Assembly: GCA_009788085.1 (NCBI GenBank)
Contig: WQSB01000002.1
Span: 1 to 57,371 of the forward strand
Length of the DNA: 57,371 nt
Reading direction: 5' to 3'
Source of the DNA: Defluviitaleaceae bacterium
Lineage (GTDB): Bacteria > Bacillota > Clostridia > Lachnospirales > WQUN01
Every line of letters begins with the position of its first letter. Within the stretch, counting starts at the first letter, position 1. Shown piece by piece: positions 27,881 through 36,894 of this stretch. The translations under genes and the position numbers were made by a program. Below the pieces are notes generated by a model, which had not been told where the DNA came from, did no database searches, and worked only from the letters and a program-made list of their open reading frames with translations.

Positions 27881-29656
27881 CTATATTTGGGAGTTTCCGG
27901 CCAACACGCCATTTATCCTAAGCCCTGTCAGATTCTCAACGTCGATGACCATGCCGCCGAAGCTTATTGACAGGTGGGCGATGGTTTGAGGGTCTTCGCT
28001 AAAGGTCATAGCTGAGCCGCCGGACCATCCCATAAACGGAGTTTCTATGCCGTCTGCAAAAACCATCGTTATTTCAAAAAGCTCGTGGATAGACCTTTGA
28101 ATAATGAGGCTATGGTCGGCTAATTCTTCAAACAACGAGCCGTCGCCGTCTACCGTGAAGCGGATTTCCATGAGGCTTACTTGGATGTTGCTGAGCTGGT
28201 AAACATCACCGTCGGCTGTTACTTCAATGTCTTCAAGTTTGATGGTATGACCGATTACGGGAATTTCAAAGGCTTGGACGGCCAGGTTTACGTCTTGAAT
28301 ATTAGCGAAATAGGACATTGACGCATTAAACACCAGGTCATTGATGACGTCCATGTCTTCGAAATGGAAGACCCTTTCGGTGATGCGGCGGTCGGGTAAG
28401 CTTATTAAATATTCGTCAAATTCCCGTGGGGTTACGTCAATGCTGAACAGCTCGCGAGGGTATCTGCGCACAAACTGCGCGTTCATTTCATCCCAGAAAT
28501 CTTCGCCGATGCTGTCCCAATCAAAGCCTTCCGGGATTTCCAGCACCGGAATTTCCACGGCGGGGTTAATCAGCTGAACAAAGGTCCAGCTTGAAGCCAG
28601 TCCGCCGAAGAAGAGGGGTTCGCTCATTTGAATGTGGAGCAAATTGTCTCTTACAGCGATGTTTGTAAGATAAATGTCGCCGAAGATGTGTATGCTGAGC
28701 TCATCCACAGCCATGAATTCGCGGTCGGGGGAGAATGGGTCAAAGTCTTCGCCCATGATTTCACGCATTTCTGCGGAGGCCGAGCCGCCCCAACCGAAAA
28801 AGCTATCTTCCTGTGTAATGAAAGTGGCTTCATGACTGGCCGCAAGCCCGGCAAAGTCGATGTCGATTTGCTCGGAGACAAACTGCTGGTCGGACAGGAA
28901 ACGCTCTATTGTAAAGTCCACGACGATATTTGCATCCTCTGCGACGGAGACACTGTGGCGCGCTACAAAGTAGCCTATTCCGGTAGCCTCGTCCAAGTAC
29001 AAAAAGTTTACGCTGCCGAACATTGTGCGGGCGTAGTTATGGCTAAAAGGCATATCAAAGAACATTCCATCAAAGCCATCCGCCAAGATAACGGACGTAC
29101 CCCAATCAAGATTGGTTTGGCCGGTGATGTCACGCAGGCTGAAAAATGTGTACACCTGCGCGTGATTGATTAGGATTTCTTCGTACTCTGCGTCCTCGTT
29201 GAGCAAATATGAGCCGGTTTCCTCACAAAAAATAATCCAGTCGTCGTTCAGCCAATTTTGAAAAGCAAATGACGGCCCGGCTATTGCCACGGAAGAAAGC
29301 ACTTCCATTTCGATATTGCCGCTGGTAATAATTTGATTGACGGGTGTGCTGTGCTGTTGGATTATCTCAAATCCTTCGCGGAAGGTGTTGAAATAAATCC
29401 GGTCGATAGGGTTGTCAAAGGTGCGCGGCTCTGCCCATGGCGGGAGACTTATGCCGGAGTGCGCCATTACAGATATCGGACGCGCCACTTCTGCAACCCC
29501 CTCTACCCTAGTTGACAGAGGTTCGCAACAGGATGCATCTTCATAGGCGCAATCCTCCGCCGGTTGGTATTCTGTTGTCGGCCCTGCGGCCAATACGCTT
29601 GTGCTTAAAACTGCCACTGCCAGCGTTACTGCAATTAATCTTTTTAACATTTTCAC
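27881..29656 (-). CDS. Secreted hypothetical protein (591 aa)
   Basis: It has a signal peptide, MKMLKRLIAVTLAVAVLSTSVLAAG. It is acidic and beta-rich, and I recognised no family. Confidence 0.65.
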   Translation of the reverse strand: MKMLKRLIAVTLAVAVLSTSVLAAGPTTEYQPAEDCAYEDASCCEPLSTRVEGVAEVARPISVMAHSGISLPPWAEPRTFDNPIDRIYFNTFREGFEIIQQHSTPVNQIITSGNIEMEVLSSVAIAGPSFAFQNWLNDDWIIFCEETGSYLLNEDAEYEEILINHAQVYTFFSLRDITGQTNLDWGTSVILADGFDGMFFDMPFSHNYARTMFGSVNFLYLDEATGIGYFVARHSVSVAEDANIVVDFTIERFLSDQQFVSEQIDIDFAGLAASHEATFITQEDSFFGWGGSASAEMREIMGEDFDPFSPDREFMAVDELSIHIFGDIYLTNIAVRDNLLHIQMSEPLFFGGLASSWTFVQLINPAVEIPVLEIPEGFDWDSIGEDFWDEMNAQFVRRYPRELFSIDVTPREFDEYLISLPDRRITERVFHFEDMDVINDLVFNASMSYFANIQDVNLAVQAFEIPVIGHTIKLEDIEVTADGDVYQLSNIQVSLMEIRFTVDGDGSLFEELADHSLIIQRSIHELFEITMVFADGIETPFMGWSGGSAMTFSEDPQTIAHLSISFGGMVIDVENLTGLRINGVLAGNSQI

Positions 29657-29800
29657 TTTCCTTTCTATTTAAATGGGGACTGGTTTGTGTTCATTATAGT
29701 ATAAACTTTGGTTATGAAGGAATCATTACATTGTACGTGTTAAGAAAATGTCATATACTACTACTGCAAACGCTAATTCAGAGCGTGAGGTGGGCGCGAT

Positions 29801-29829
29801 GCCTTGTGGTGAGCGCACAAGGCGTTTTT
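29801..29829 (+). terminator. Orphan intrinsic terminator in the region upstream of hflX
   Basis: GCCTTGTG-GTGAGCG-CACAAGGC is followed by GTTTTT. There is no + strand CDS upstream of it. Confidence 0.55.
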
Positions 29830-29947
29830 CGATGTTTTCCGAAAAATGCAAGTGCGTGAGCCGTTTACAAGGCGTAGCCCAACTTACGCTTCTGAAGCCG
29901 TTTGCAGAGCTTTCCAACTATCTAAAAAGAGAAGAGTTCTGTTAAAT

Positions 29948-31732
29948 ATGTCAAAAGTTACGGGAAACATAGACGGAATCCGCCGTTCCTATATCGAGCG
30001 GCTGGAAATGGTTTTCGAAATGGAAACAGACCGGAAGCAGTTTTGCTCAGAGGAAATGCTGGCAGCTCTGGCGTTTTTTACGGGGGTTACCGGACGCGAG
30101 GCCATGGTGTACATCGACCGGGCGGGGCGAATCGAAGCCGTTGTTGTGGGCGAGCAGGACCGGGTGAGCCTACCGGCCTTGCGGAAGCGTCGTTCGGAAA
30201 GCCGTTTGAGCGGAATCCGCTGCATTCACACCCACCCGGGCGGGGATGGAAATTTGTCAAAGGTGGATATACAGGCGTTAAAATCCGCGCGGCTGGACGC
30301 CATGGCGGCGGTGGGAGTAGTCGATGGGCGGGCTACTTTTATGCAGGTGGGCATTTTGGGCGAAGTCACGGGGGATGATGTTTCCGTCAATTTATTTGGC
30401 CCGTACGAGACTGTTCCCGACGATGTTTTGTGGGCGGAAATCGAGGCCGCCGACCAGCGTATCCGCCCGGAGGAATCCAAAAAGTCCGAGGCGGAAATCG
30501 CCCGGGCAATTCTTGTGGGCATCGACCCCAAGAACGATGGTGACGACGAGCCCCTGCGAGAACTGCGCCAACTGGCCGATACAGCCGGGTTTATTACAAT
30601 CGGCTGCATTGTACAATCGCGCCCTAGGCCGGACAAGAGCTTTTATCTAGGGTATGGCAAGTTGCACGATTTGATTCTTGAAATTCAAAAATTAGGGGCC
30701 GACACCGTAATTTTTGACGACGAGCTTACCCCGTCGCAGATTCGCAATATTCAAAAGGAGCTTGGCAAAACGGAAATTATCGACAGAACCGCACTTATCT
30801 TGGATATTTTCTCAAGCCGCGCCTCAACCCACGAAGGACGGCTGCAAGTGGAGCTGGCCCAGACAAAGTATCTGCTTCCGCGAATGACCGGATATTGGGG
30901 GCATTTCACGCGGATGGCCGGTGGCGGTGGCGGCGGCGGCGGCGCACGTCGCGGCGAGGGTGAAACCCAGCTTGAGGTTGACCGTAGGCTTTTGCGCAGG
31001 CGCGTCGTGGAGCTGGAAAAGGAAATCGACAAAATAAAATCCCGGCGGGAGGTTGCGCGTGTCGCGCGGGAACGAACAGGGATTCCTATAGTTGCTTTAG
31101 TCGGTTATACAAACGCGGGCAAGTCCACTTTAATGAACGCCCTTTCCGGCAGTGATGTTCTGGCCGAAAATAAGCTGTTCGCCACCCTCGACCCAATTTC
31201 CCGGCGGATAAACCTTGGCGGCGGGGAATTATTGCTGGTGGACACCGTAGGATTTATCAACAAGCTGCCCCACGATTTGGTAAATGCTTTCCGCGCCACA
31301 CTGGAAGAAGCGCGGTTCGCGGATTTACTTCTGCATGTGGTGGACTCATCCTCAGACAACCGGGAGAGGCAAATGGAAGTCGTAAACGACGTGCTGGAGC
31401 AGCTAAAAGCCAGCACCAATCCGATTTTAACTGTTTACAATAAATGTGACATCGCCAACGAGGCGGATATCCCTAAAAAAGGCAGCGTGACCGTTTCTGC
31501 AGTAACCGGCGCGGGCATGGAGGATTTAAAAGCCGCCGTCGTGCAAAAGATTTCCGAAATGAGAAGAATTGTTTCTCTTATTTTGCCGCTGGACTCCGGT
31601 GCGCTGGTTTCCCGAATCTACGCTGTAGGGCAGGTGCACGAATGCGAATACAAGGAGAACGGCATTCATATTACCGCCACCGTAACGGGTGAGGACGAGT
31701 CCCGCCTGCGCGCCGTGGTCTGTAGTAAGTAG
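29948..31732 (+). CDS. hflX: GTPase HflX (long form)
   Basis: It has the HflX N-domain (RGEGETQLEVDRRLLRRR), then G1 GYTNAGKST, DTVGF and NKCD. Confidence 0.9.
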   Translation: MSKVTGNIDGIRRSYIERLEMVFEMETDRKQFCSEEMLAALAFFTGVTGREAMVYIDRAGRIEAVVVGEQDRVSLPALRKRRSESRLSGIRCIHTHPGGDGNLSKVDIQALKSARLDAMAAVGVVDGRATFMQVGILGEVTGDDVSVNLFGPYETVPDDVLWAEIEAADQRIRPEESKKSEAEIARAILVGIDPKNDGDDEPLRELRQLADTAGFITIGCIVQSRPRPDKSFYLGYGKLHDLILEIQKLGADTVIFDDELTPSQIRNIQKELGKTEIIDRTALILDIFSSRASTHEGRLQVELAQTKYLLPRMTGYWGHFTRMAGGGGGGGGARRGEGETQLEVDRRLLRRRVVELEKEIDKIKSRREVARVARERTGIPIVALVGYTNAGKSTLMNALSGSDVLAENKLFATLDPISRRINLGGGELLLVDTVGFINKLPHDLVNAFRATLEEARFADLLLHVVDSSSDNRERQMEVVNDVLEQLKASTNPILTVYNKCDIANEADIPKKGSVTVSAVTGAGMEDLKAAVVQKISEMRRIVSLILPLDSGALVSRIYAVGQVHECEYKENGIHITATVTGEDESRLRAVVCSK

Positions 31733-31745
31733 GAGGGCACCATAG

Positions 31746-33269
31746 ATGAAAAAATCCACAAAGCCGCTGTTTATCGGCCTGTATGACGCAAAGCTAATGG
31801 GTATACGCTACTTGTCCTCCACGCTTAAAACCCACGGCTACGAGCCGAGCCTGATTTTTTTAAAAACATTTAACTCCTATTCCGTGGACGAGCCTACGGA
31901 GGATGAGTACAAACTGCTGTACTCAACCATTAAGGAGCTGAACCCCGGCTACATTGGTTTAAGTGTAATGTGCTCGTTTTACTTAACCGTGGTGCGGCGA
32001 ATCGTGGCGGATTTGCGAAAATTCACCGATGTGAAAATAATCATGGGAGGCGCGTACGCAACACTTTTCCCGGAAAAATGTCTGGAGATGGCCGACGTGG
32101 TTTTCCGGGGGGAAAGCGAAGAGGCCATAGTGGAATTTTCCGACGCAATAGAAAACGACCGGCCCTTTGACCATTTTGACAATTTAGCCACGCTGACCCC
32201 CGGGGGAGAACCGAAAATAAATCCTCTGCGCCCATTGATGCAAGACCTGAACCGCATACCTTTTCCCGATTTCGGCGGGGAGAATATGTACTATATAAAT
32301 AATAACCGTTTGCACAAAGGCGACCCAGCGGCGTCCGGCCACAGCTACGAGCTTACAACCAGCCGGGGCTGTCCCAACCGTTGCTCCTACTGCTCAAACA
32401 GCACCATTCGGGATATGTACAAAAACAAAGGGCCGTTTATCCGCCAGCGGGAAGTTTCCGATGTTATGGACGAGCTGGTAGCCGCACGCAAGCGTAATCC
32501 GGGCTTGCAAATGCTGCGCTTTTGGGATGAAATTTTCCCGTGGAACAAGGAATGGGTGCGGGAATTCGCCAAAACCTATAAGGCACAAATCGGCCTGCCC
32601 TTCGAAGTATGGGGGCATCCGCGATTAAGCGCGGATGTGGAATTGCTAAAATTGCTGGTGGACGCCGGGCTTTCCAAAATAGTAATAGGCGTGCAAAGCG
32701 GCTGTTCGAAAATCCGCAAGGAAATCTACACCCGCAACGAAACCCAAGAGGATATTCTAAAATGCTCCCGGGCTTTGGCGGAGGCCAAGGTGCCGCTGGT
32801 AATTTATGATTTTATCCTGGGCCATCCTTTTGAAACATCGGAGGATTTAAAAGAGACTCTGGAATTATGTCGCTCTTTGACAAAACCTTTCCGGCTGCAA
32901 TTGCATGGGCTTTCGTTTTTGCCGGGCACTCCTATTGAGGAAATCGCCATAGAGCGCGGTGTGAAAACATGGGAGGAAATCCACGCAGAGCAAGCCCGCC
33001 CATTGCGTGAGCAGTATCACTCCATGCACTGGTGGAGGCAGGGTCACGGCGCGAGCGACAGCGAAAAAGTATTTTGGTACACGCTGATTTACCTGACACA
33101 ATTCCCCTCCGGCGAACGCATAATCGCCAAATCTCTCAAAAATGACAAACTGAAAAAAGACCCCCGGCCGCTGCTGCGCGTTCACAAGTGGTATAATTAT
33201 CTAGTCAAATTTCAGATGGGCTGGCGCAAGCTAAAATTTATAATAAATTCCCGGTTGTCGGGAAAATAG
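31746..33269 (+). CDS. B12-binding-domain radical SAM protein
   Basis: The N-terminal region is Rossmann-like and cobalamin-domain-like. It is followed by SRGCPNRCSYCSN (CxxxCxxC). Confidence 0.8.
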   Translation: MKKSTKPLFIGLYDAKLMGIRYLSSTLKTHGYEPSLIFLKTFNSYSVDEPTEDEYKLLYSTIKELNPGYIGLSVMCSFYLTVVRRIVADLRKFTDVKIIMGGAYATLFPEKCLEMADVVFRGESEEAIVEFSDAIENDRPFDHFDNLATLTPGGEPKINPLRPLMQDLNRIPFPDFGGENMYYINNNRLHKGDPAASGHSYELTTSRGCPNRCSYCSNSTIRDMYKNKGPFIRQREVSDVMDELVAARKRNPGLQMLRFWDEIFPWNKEWVREFAKTYKAQIGLPFEVWGHPRLSADVELLKLLVDAGLSKIVIGVQSGCSKIRKEIYTRNETQEDILKCSRALAEAKVPLVIYDFILGHPFETSEDLKETLELCRSLTKPFRLQLHGLSFLPGTPIEEIAIERGVKTWEEIHAEQARPLREQYHSMHWWRQGHGASDSEKVFWYTLIYLTQFPSGERIIAKSLKNDKLKKDPRPLLRVHKWYNYLVKFQMGWRKLKFIINSRLSGK

Positions 33270-34266
33270 CGTTTCGGATAAAATACCCCACGGCGGCGTT
33301 GGCCATATGCAGGCGTTCTTCCAAGCCTTTTCCCTCCAGCCTTGCCGCGATATAGCCGCCGTTGAAGGTATCCCCTGCCCCGGCGGTTCTGACTGGCTTT
33401 TCGCAAAATACGGATGCGGCAAAAGCAGGGCGTTCCCTTGAGGACGCCGCCACCGCAAACTCCGGCGAGTGTATTACAAACTCATCCAACCCGATTTTTT
33501 GGCGGATATATTCCGCCTTTTCTTTTATGGAGCGGCCCGGGTCGTCGCTGAAAGCCTCGCCATAAGAGGCGAACAAGGCCGCGGCCTCATGCTCGTTGAC
33601 GCTGAGGGTCATTGGGAATGCGGAATTCGCGGCCTTTAATTTTTCCAAGCTGATTGCTAACGACGCCTCGTCTTTTTTGCGGAAGTCCGCAAAATCAAAA
33701 AAGAAGCGGCGTTCTTTGCCGTCTTGCGGCAGACTTGCGCAGATATTTTCAAAAATTTCATCAAAGCTTGGCATCAGCGACCAGTATCCGATGCCTATTA
33801 TATCGGACTCCTCCAATAGGGCCATCATCGCCGAATGTCCCACACAATCCACAATTTGTTTCCAATTTATATCCTGTACCGCCTCCATATGGGACATTAG
33901 GATTTTCCCGTCGTCGAATTCGAAAACATGAGTCGTGGCCGGGTCGCCCAGCGAGAACACGCGGCATAACTCGCTTACCTCCTCAAAAACCGGGTCAGGC
34001 TTGTTTTTGCCGTATACCCCAATCAGCGTAGTATCCACGCCCAGCCGCGCCGCCGCATAACCGATATTTGCCGTAAATCCGCCAAAGGCGCGGCGTTTGC
34101 GCAGGATTTCCAGCCCTACCCCTCCCGTGCCGCTGCTTGCGATACGACCGGCGAATTGAGACATTTGCGTGTAAAGCGCGAAATTATCCCGGCTTGACCG
34201 GGTGCTTATAATTTCCCATACCTCATCCACAAAGCCGTCGGCCAGCATGGTTATCTTTTTTCCCAT
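33238..34266 (-). CDS. PfkB-family carbohydrate kinase
   Basis: It has the C-terminal GAGDTFNGGY motif and an N-terminal GG pair. The start was taken at MGKKITML. Confidence 0.8.
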   Translation of the reverse strand: MGKKITMLADGFVDEVWEIISTRSSRDNFALYTQMSQFAGRIASSGTGGVGLEILRKRRAFGGFTANIGYAAARLGVDTTLIGVYGKNKPDPVFEEVSELCRVFSLGDPATTHVFEFDDGKILMSHMEAVQDINWKQIVDCVGHSAMMALLEESDIIGIGYWSLMPSFDEIFENICASLPQDGKERRFFFDFADFRKKDEASLAISLEKLKAANSAFPMTLSVNEHEAAALFASYGEAFSDDPGRSIKEKAEYIRQKIGLDEFVIHSPEFAVAASSRERPAFAASVFCEKPVRTAGAGDTFNGGYIAARLEGKGLEERLHMANAAVGYFIRNAIFPTTGNLL

Positions 34267-34284
34267 TACGCACATCCTTTCCAT

Positions 34285-35214
34285 CTATAGGTGTTTCTCA
34301 CCGGGAATCTGAGCCACTAAAATGGCAATAAAAATAAGGGCGCAGCCCAGCAGCTCTCTTGGTGTCAAAAACTGGCTGAGAACAAACCACCCAACAAAAG
34401 CGGCCACAACGCCCTCAAAGCTGAAAAGCACCGCCGCCACTGTAACATCGGTTGTTTTTTGCGCTTTCATTTGTAAAATATACGCCACGCCACTGGAAAG
34501 CACCCCTGTGTACAGCACATAGGGCGCGGCGGCAAGAATGGCCGCAATTGAAGGGGTTTCAAAAATCAGCGCGAGGGCCAGGGATATAACGGCCACAACA
34601 TAAAACTGCACGCAAGCCAGTGCGAGCACATTATGCTTTGGGGAGAAATGGCTGATTATAAGAATTTGCGCGGTAAACCCAATGGCACACAAAAACACAA
34701 GTATATCCCCCAGATTGACATACAGTCCACCGGAGAAGCTGAGAAAATACATGCCTATCATGGCCACGGCCACGCTAATCCAAATAAAAAGGCGAGCCTT
34801 TTTCTTAAAAAAAATAAGACTCGCGATGGGCACCATAATTACATACAAAGTCGTAATAAAGCTGGCGTTGGCAACAGAAGTAAAAAGAAGGCCGAATTGC
34901 TGCAAATTAATTGCCACACAAAGAACCGCTCCACAAATAATCCCAGCAACAACCGTGCCCTTGCCGATGACCACAGGCGAGTGCGAATGGGCGTGACCCG
35001 TGCGGCACCCGCGGGAACGGGCTTTTCTTTGGTGCGCCAAAAAATACAAAGCCGGCCCGAGGGCTATGGTTCCGCCTATGGCAAAACGAACGGCATTAAA
35101 AGTAAGGGGGGAAACATGGTACATCCCTCCGGCCTGCGCCACATATCCCGCCCCCCAGATAAGTGTGGCTATGATTATCATTAAATTTCCGCTCGCGCTA
35201 GATGATTTGGACAT
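34285..35214 (-). CDS. DMT/EamA-family transporter
   Basis: It has ten TM segments as two EamA-like halves. Confidence 0.8.
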   Translation of the reverse strand: MSKSSSASGNLMIIIATLIWGAGYVAQAGGMYHVSPLTFNAVRFAIGGTIALGPALYFLAHQRKARSRGCRTGHAHSHSPVVIGKGTVVAGIICGAVLCVAINLQQFGLLFTSVANASFITTLYVIMVPIASLIFFKKKARLFIWISVAVAMIGMYFLSFSGGLYVNLGDILVFLCAIGFTAQILIISHFSPKHNVLALACVQFYVVAVISLALALIFETPSIAAILAAAPYVLYTGVLSSGVAYILQMKAQKTTDVTVAAVLFSFEGVVAAFVGWFVLSQFLTPRELLGCALIFIAILVAQIPGEKHL

Positions 35215-35220
35215 ACCTTT

Positions 35221-36351
35221 TTATTGCGTCAACGCGGCGTGAGTTTCCTTTAATTGCTGTATGATAGAAAGCTTCTGCGGGCACTTTGTCTCGCATACAC
35301 CGCATTCTATACATGCATCCGCGCCCGCGCTTTTTACAAAGGTCTCACCACGCAGCAGCTTGCTGTATTCTTTTTTGGCGTAGTCGGTCAGCTCGTAAAC
35401 CCGATGGGTGTTCATTATCCCAAAGATATGGGCAATTTTTATGTCCTGGGGACAAGGATTGCAATAGTCGCATTTTGTACAATATAACTGTGCCAGCTTG
35501 CGGTTTTCTTCCATCATAGCCTTTACTTGCAAAAGCTCGGCCTCGGTTAAATGTCCGCTTTTGGCCGCTATTGCAGCGTTTTCCTCTACCATTGCAATGG
35601 TTTCCATTCCGGAGAGTGCAATGTCCACACTCGGGTTGGCCAAAACAAAGCGCATGGCCATTTCGGCGGTGCTGGCCGGAGGGGTTTTAAGCAGGCCGCG
35701 AATGACCTCGCTTGGCGCACCAAGGCGTCCGCCGCCTACGGGCCCCATGTCAACCACGCCAAGTCCCTTCTCCTTACAATATGCCAGATTTTCCTCATTG
35801 GAACGGTCCAGCAGATTATATTGAATCAAAACCGTTTCGAATCGGCCGCTGTCCACAATGTAGCGCAGATTTTCCGGTTTATCGTGATAAGAAAAGGATA
35901 TATGCTTAATCAGCCCCTCGGCCTTTGCCCTTTCGGCCGCTTGAAACGGGCCAGCTGCTAAGGTTTCCCAGCGGCGGAAATTCTCTTGATTGATTCCCCA
36001 GAAATGATAGAAATCAATATAATCCGTATCCAGCTTTTTAAGCGAGGTCTCCAGACGCCCGCGCCAGTCACCGGGGTCGTCGTTTTCGATTGGGTTCTTG
36101 GTGGAGAGGTACACCTTGTCGCGCCAGCCTTTTAGAGCCTTACCCACTGCCACTTCGCTGTCCTTGTCGCAATAATAGGGCGCGGTGTCGATGTAGTTTA
36201 CTCCCAGCTCGAAAGCACGGTGCATCATGGGCGTCGCCAAGTCATAGTTTACCTTGCGGTCGTTGCCCTCGCCTTTCATCGGCAGACGCATCGCCCCAAA
36301 ACCCAACGCCGACATTTTAATACCTGTTTTTCCAAATTCCCTGTACAGCAT
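35221..36351 (-). CDS. Aldo/keto reductase with C-terminal 4Fe-4S ferredoxin-like domain
   Basis: The AKR N-terminus is MLYREFGKTGIKMSALGFGAMRL. The C-terminus carries CTKCDYCNPCP and CIECGVCETKCP. SD GGAGGA lies upstream of ATG 36351. Confidence 0.85.
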   Translation of the reverse strand: MLYREFGKTGIKMSALGFGAMRLPMKGEGNDRKVNYDLATPMMHRAFELGVNYIDTAPYYCDKDSEVAVGKALKGWRDKVYLSTKNPIENDDPGDWRGRLETSLKKLDTDYIDFYHFWGINQENFRRWETLAAGPFQAAERAKAEGLIKHISFSYHDKPENLRYIVDSGRFETVLIQYNLLDRSNEENLAYCKEKGLGVVDMGPVGGGRLGAPSEVIRGLLKTPPASTAEMAMRFVLANPSVDIALSGMETIAMVEENAAIAAKSGHLTEAELLQVKAMMEENRKLAQLYCTKCDYCNPCPQDIKIAHIFGIMNTHRVYELTDYAKKEYSKLLRGETFVKSAGADACIECGVCETKCPQKLSIIQQLKETHAALTQ

Positions 36352-36419
36352 AAAATATCCTCCTCTAAATGGGGCTTTGCCCCAAGCCCCGCCGGGCATC
36401 GCACTTTGCACGATGGCAG

Positions 36420-36446
36420 AAAAAAACCCTAATCACAATGTTAGGG
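36420..36446 (-). terminator. rpsT intrinsic terminator
   Basis: The minus strand reads CCCTAA-CATTGTGA-TTAGGG followed by TTTTTTT. Confidence 0.7.
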
Positions 36447-36480
36447 CGTTTCTTCTGAATTTATTATTTAGATTCTAATA

Positions 36481-36747
36481 TTATACCACGGTTTTGTTAA
36501 CCAGCTTGGTAAGTCTGGATTTTTTTCTTGCGGCGGTGTTCTTGTGGTACACACCCTTTGAGGCTGCTTTGTCTATAGCGGCATATGCCTGCACCAGCAT
36601 CGCCTGCGTGTTATCCGCGTCACCCGCGCCCACCGCTGTAGTCAACTTTTTAATAGCCGTCTTGGTTGTAGATTTAATATGTTTATTCCTCGCCTGGCGT
36701 TTCGCCGCGACACGGATACGCTTTTGCGCTGACTTGATGTTCGCCAA
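36481..36747 (-). CDS. rpsT: 30S ribosomal protein S20
   Basis: The N-terminus is MANIKSAQKRIRVAAKRQARNK. It is an 88-aa basic helical protein. Confidence 0.95.
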   Translation of the reverse strand: MANIKSAQKRIRVAAKRQARNKHIKSTTKTAIKKLTTAVGAGDADNTQAMLVQAYAAIDKAASKGVYHKNTAARKKSRLTKLVNKTVV

Positions 36748-36894
36748 ATCTTGTCACCTCCTTGCATGTAAAGCCATTGTAACCATTAACACCAGCAGAT
36801 GTCAAGTATTACAATTGGGGGTCACGGGCCGATATCCTTAGAATTTGTCAAAAGAAGGAAGATTGTATAAAATAAATCAAAGGGGGCGGGCACC

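Noticed and set aside
29846-29947. Longer HflX start (MQVREPF…)
   Set aside because: The extension has no similarity to HflX N-termini and begins just after an intrinsic terminator. ATG 29948 was preferred, although its SD is weak.
30920-30940. GGT/GGC run encoding seven consecutive Gly in HflX
   Set aside because: It falls in the normally Gly-rich GGGxGxRGxGE segment of HflX. The tract is short and mixes two codons, so slippage-based variation is unlikely.
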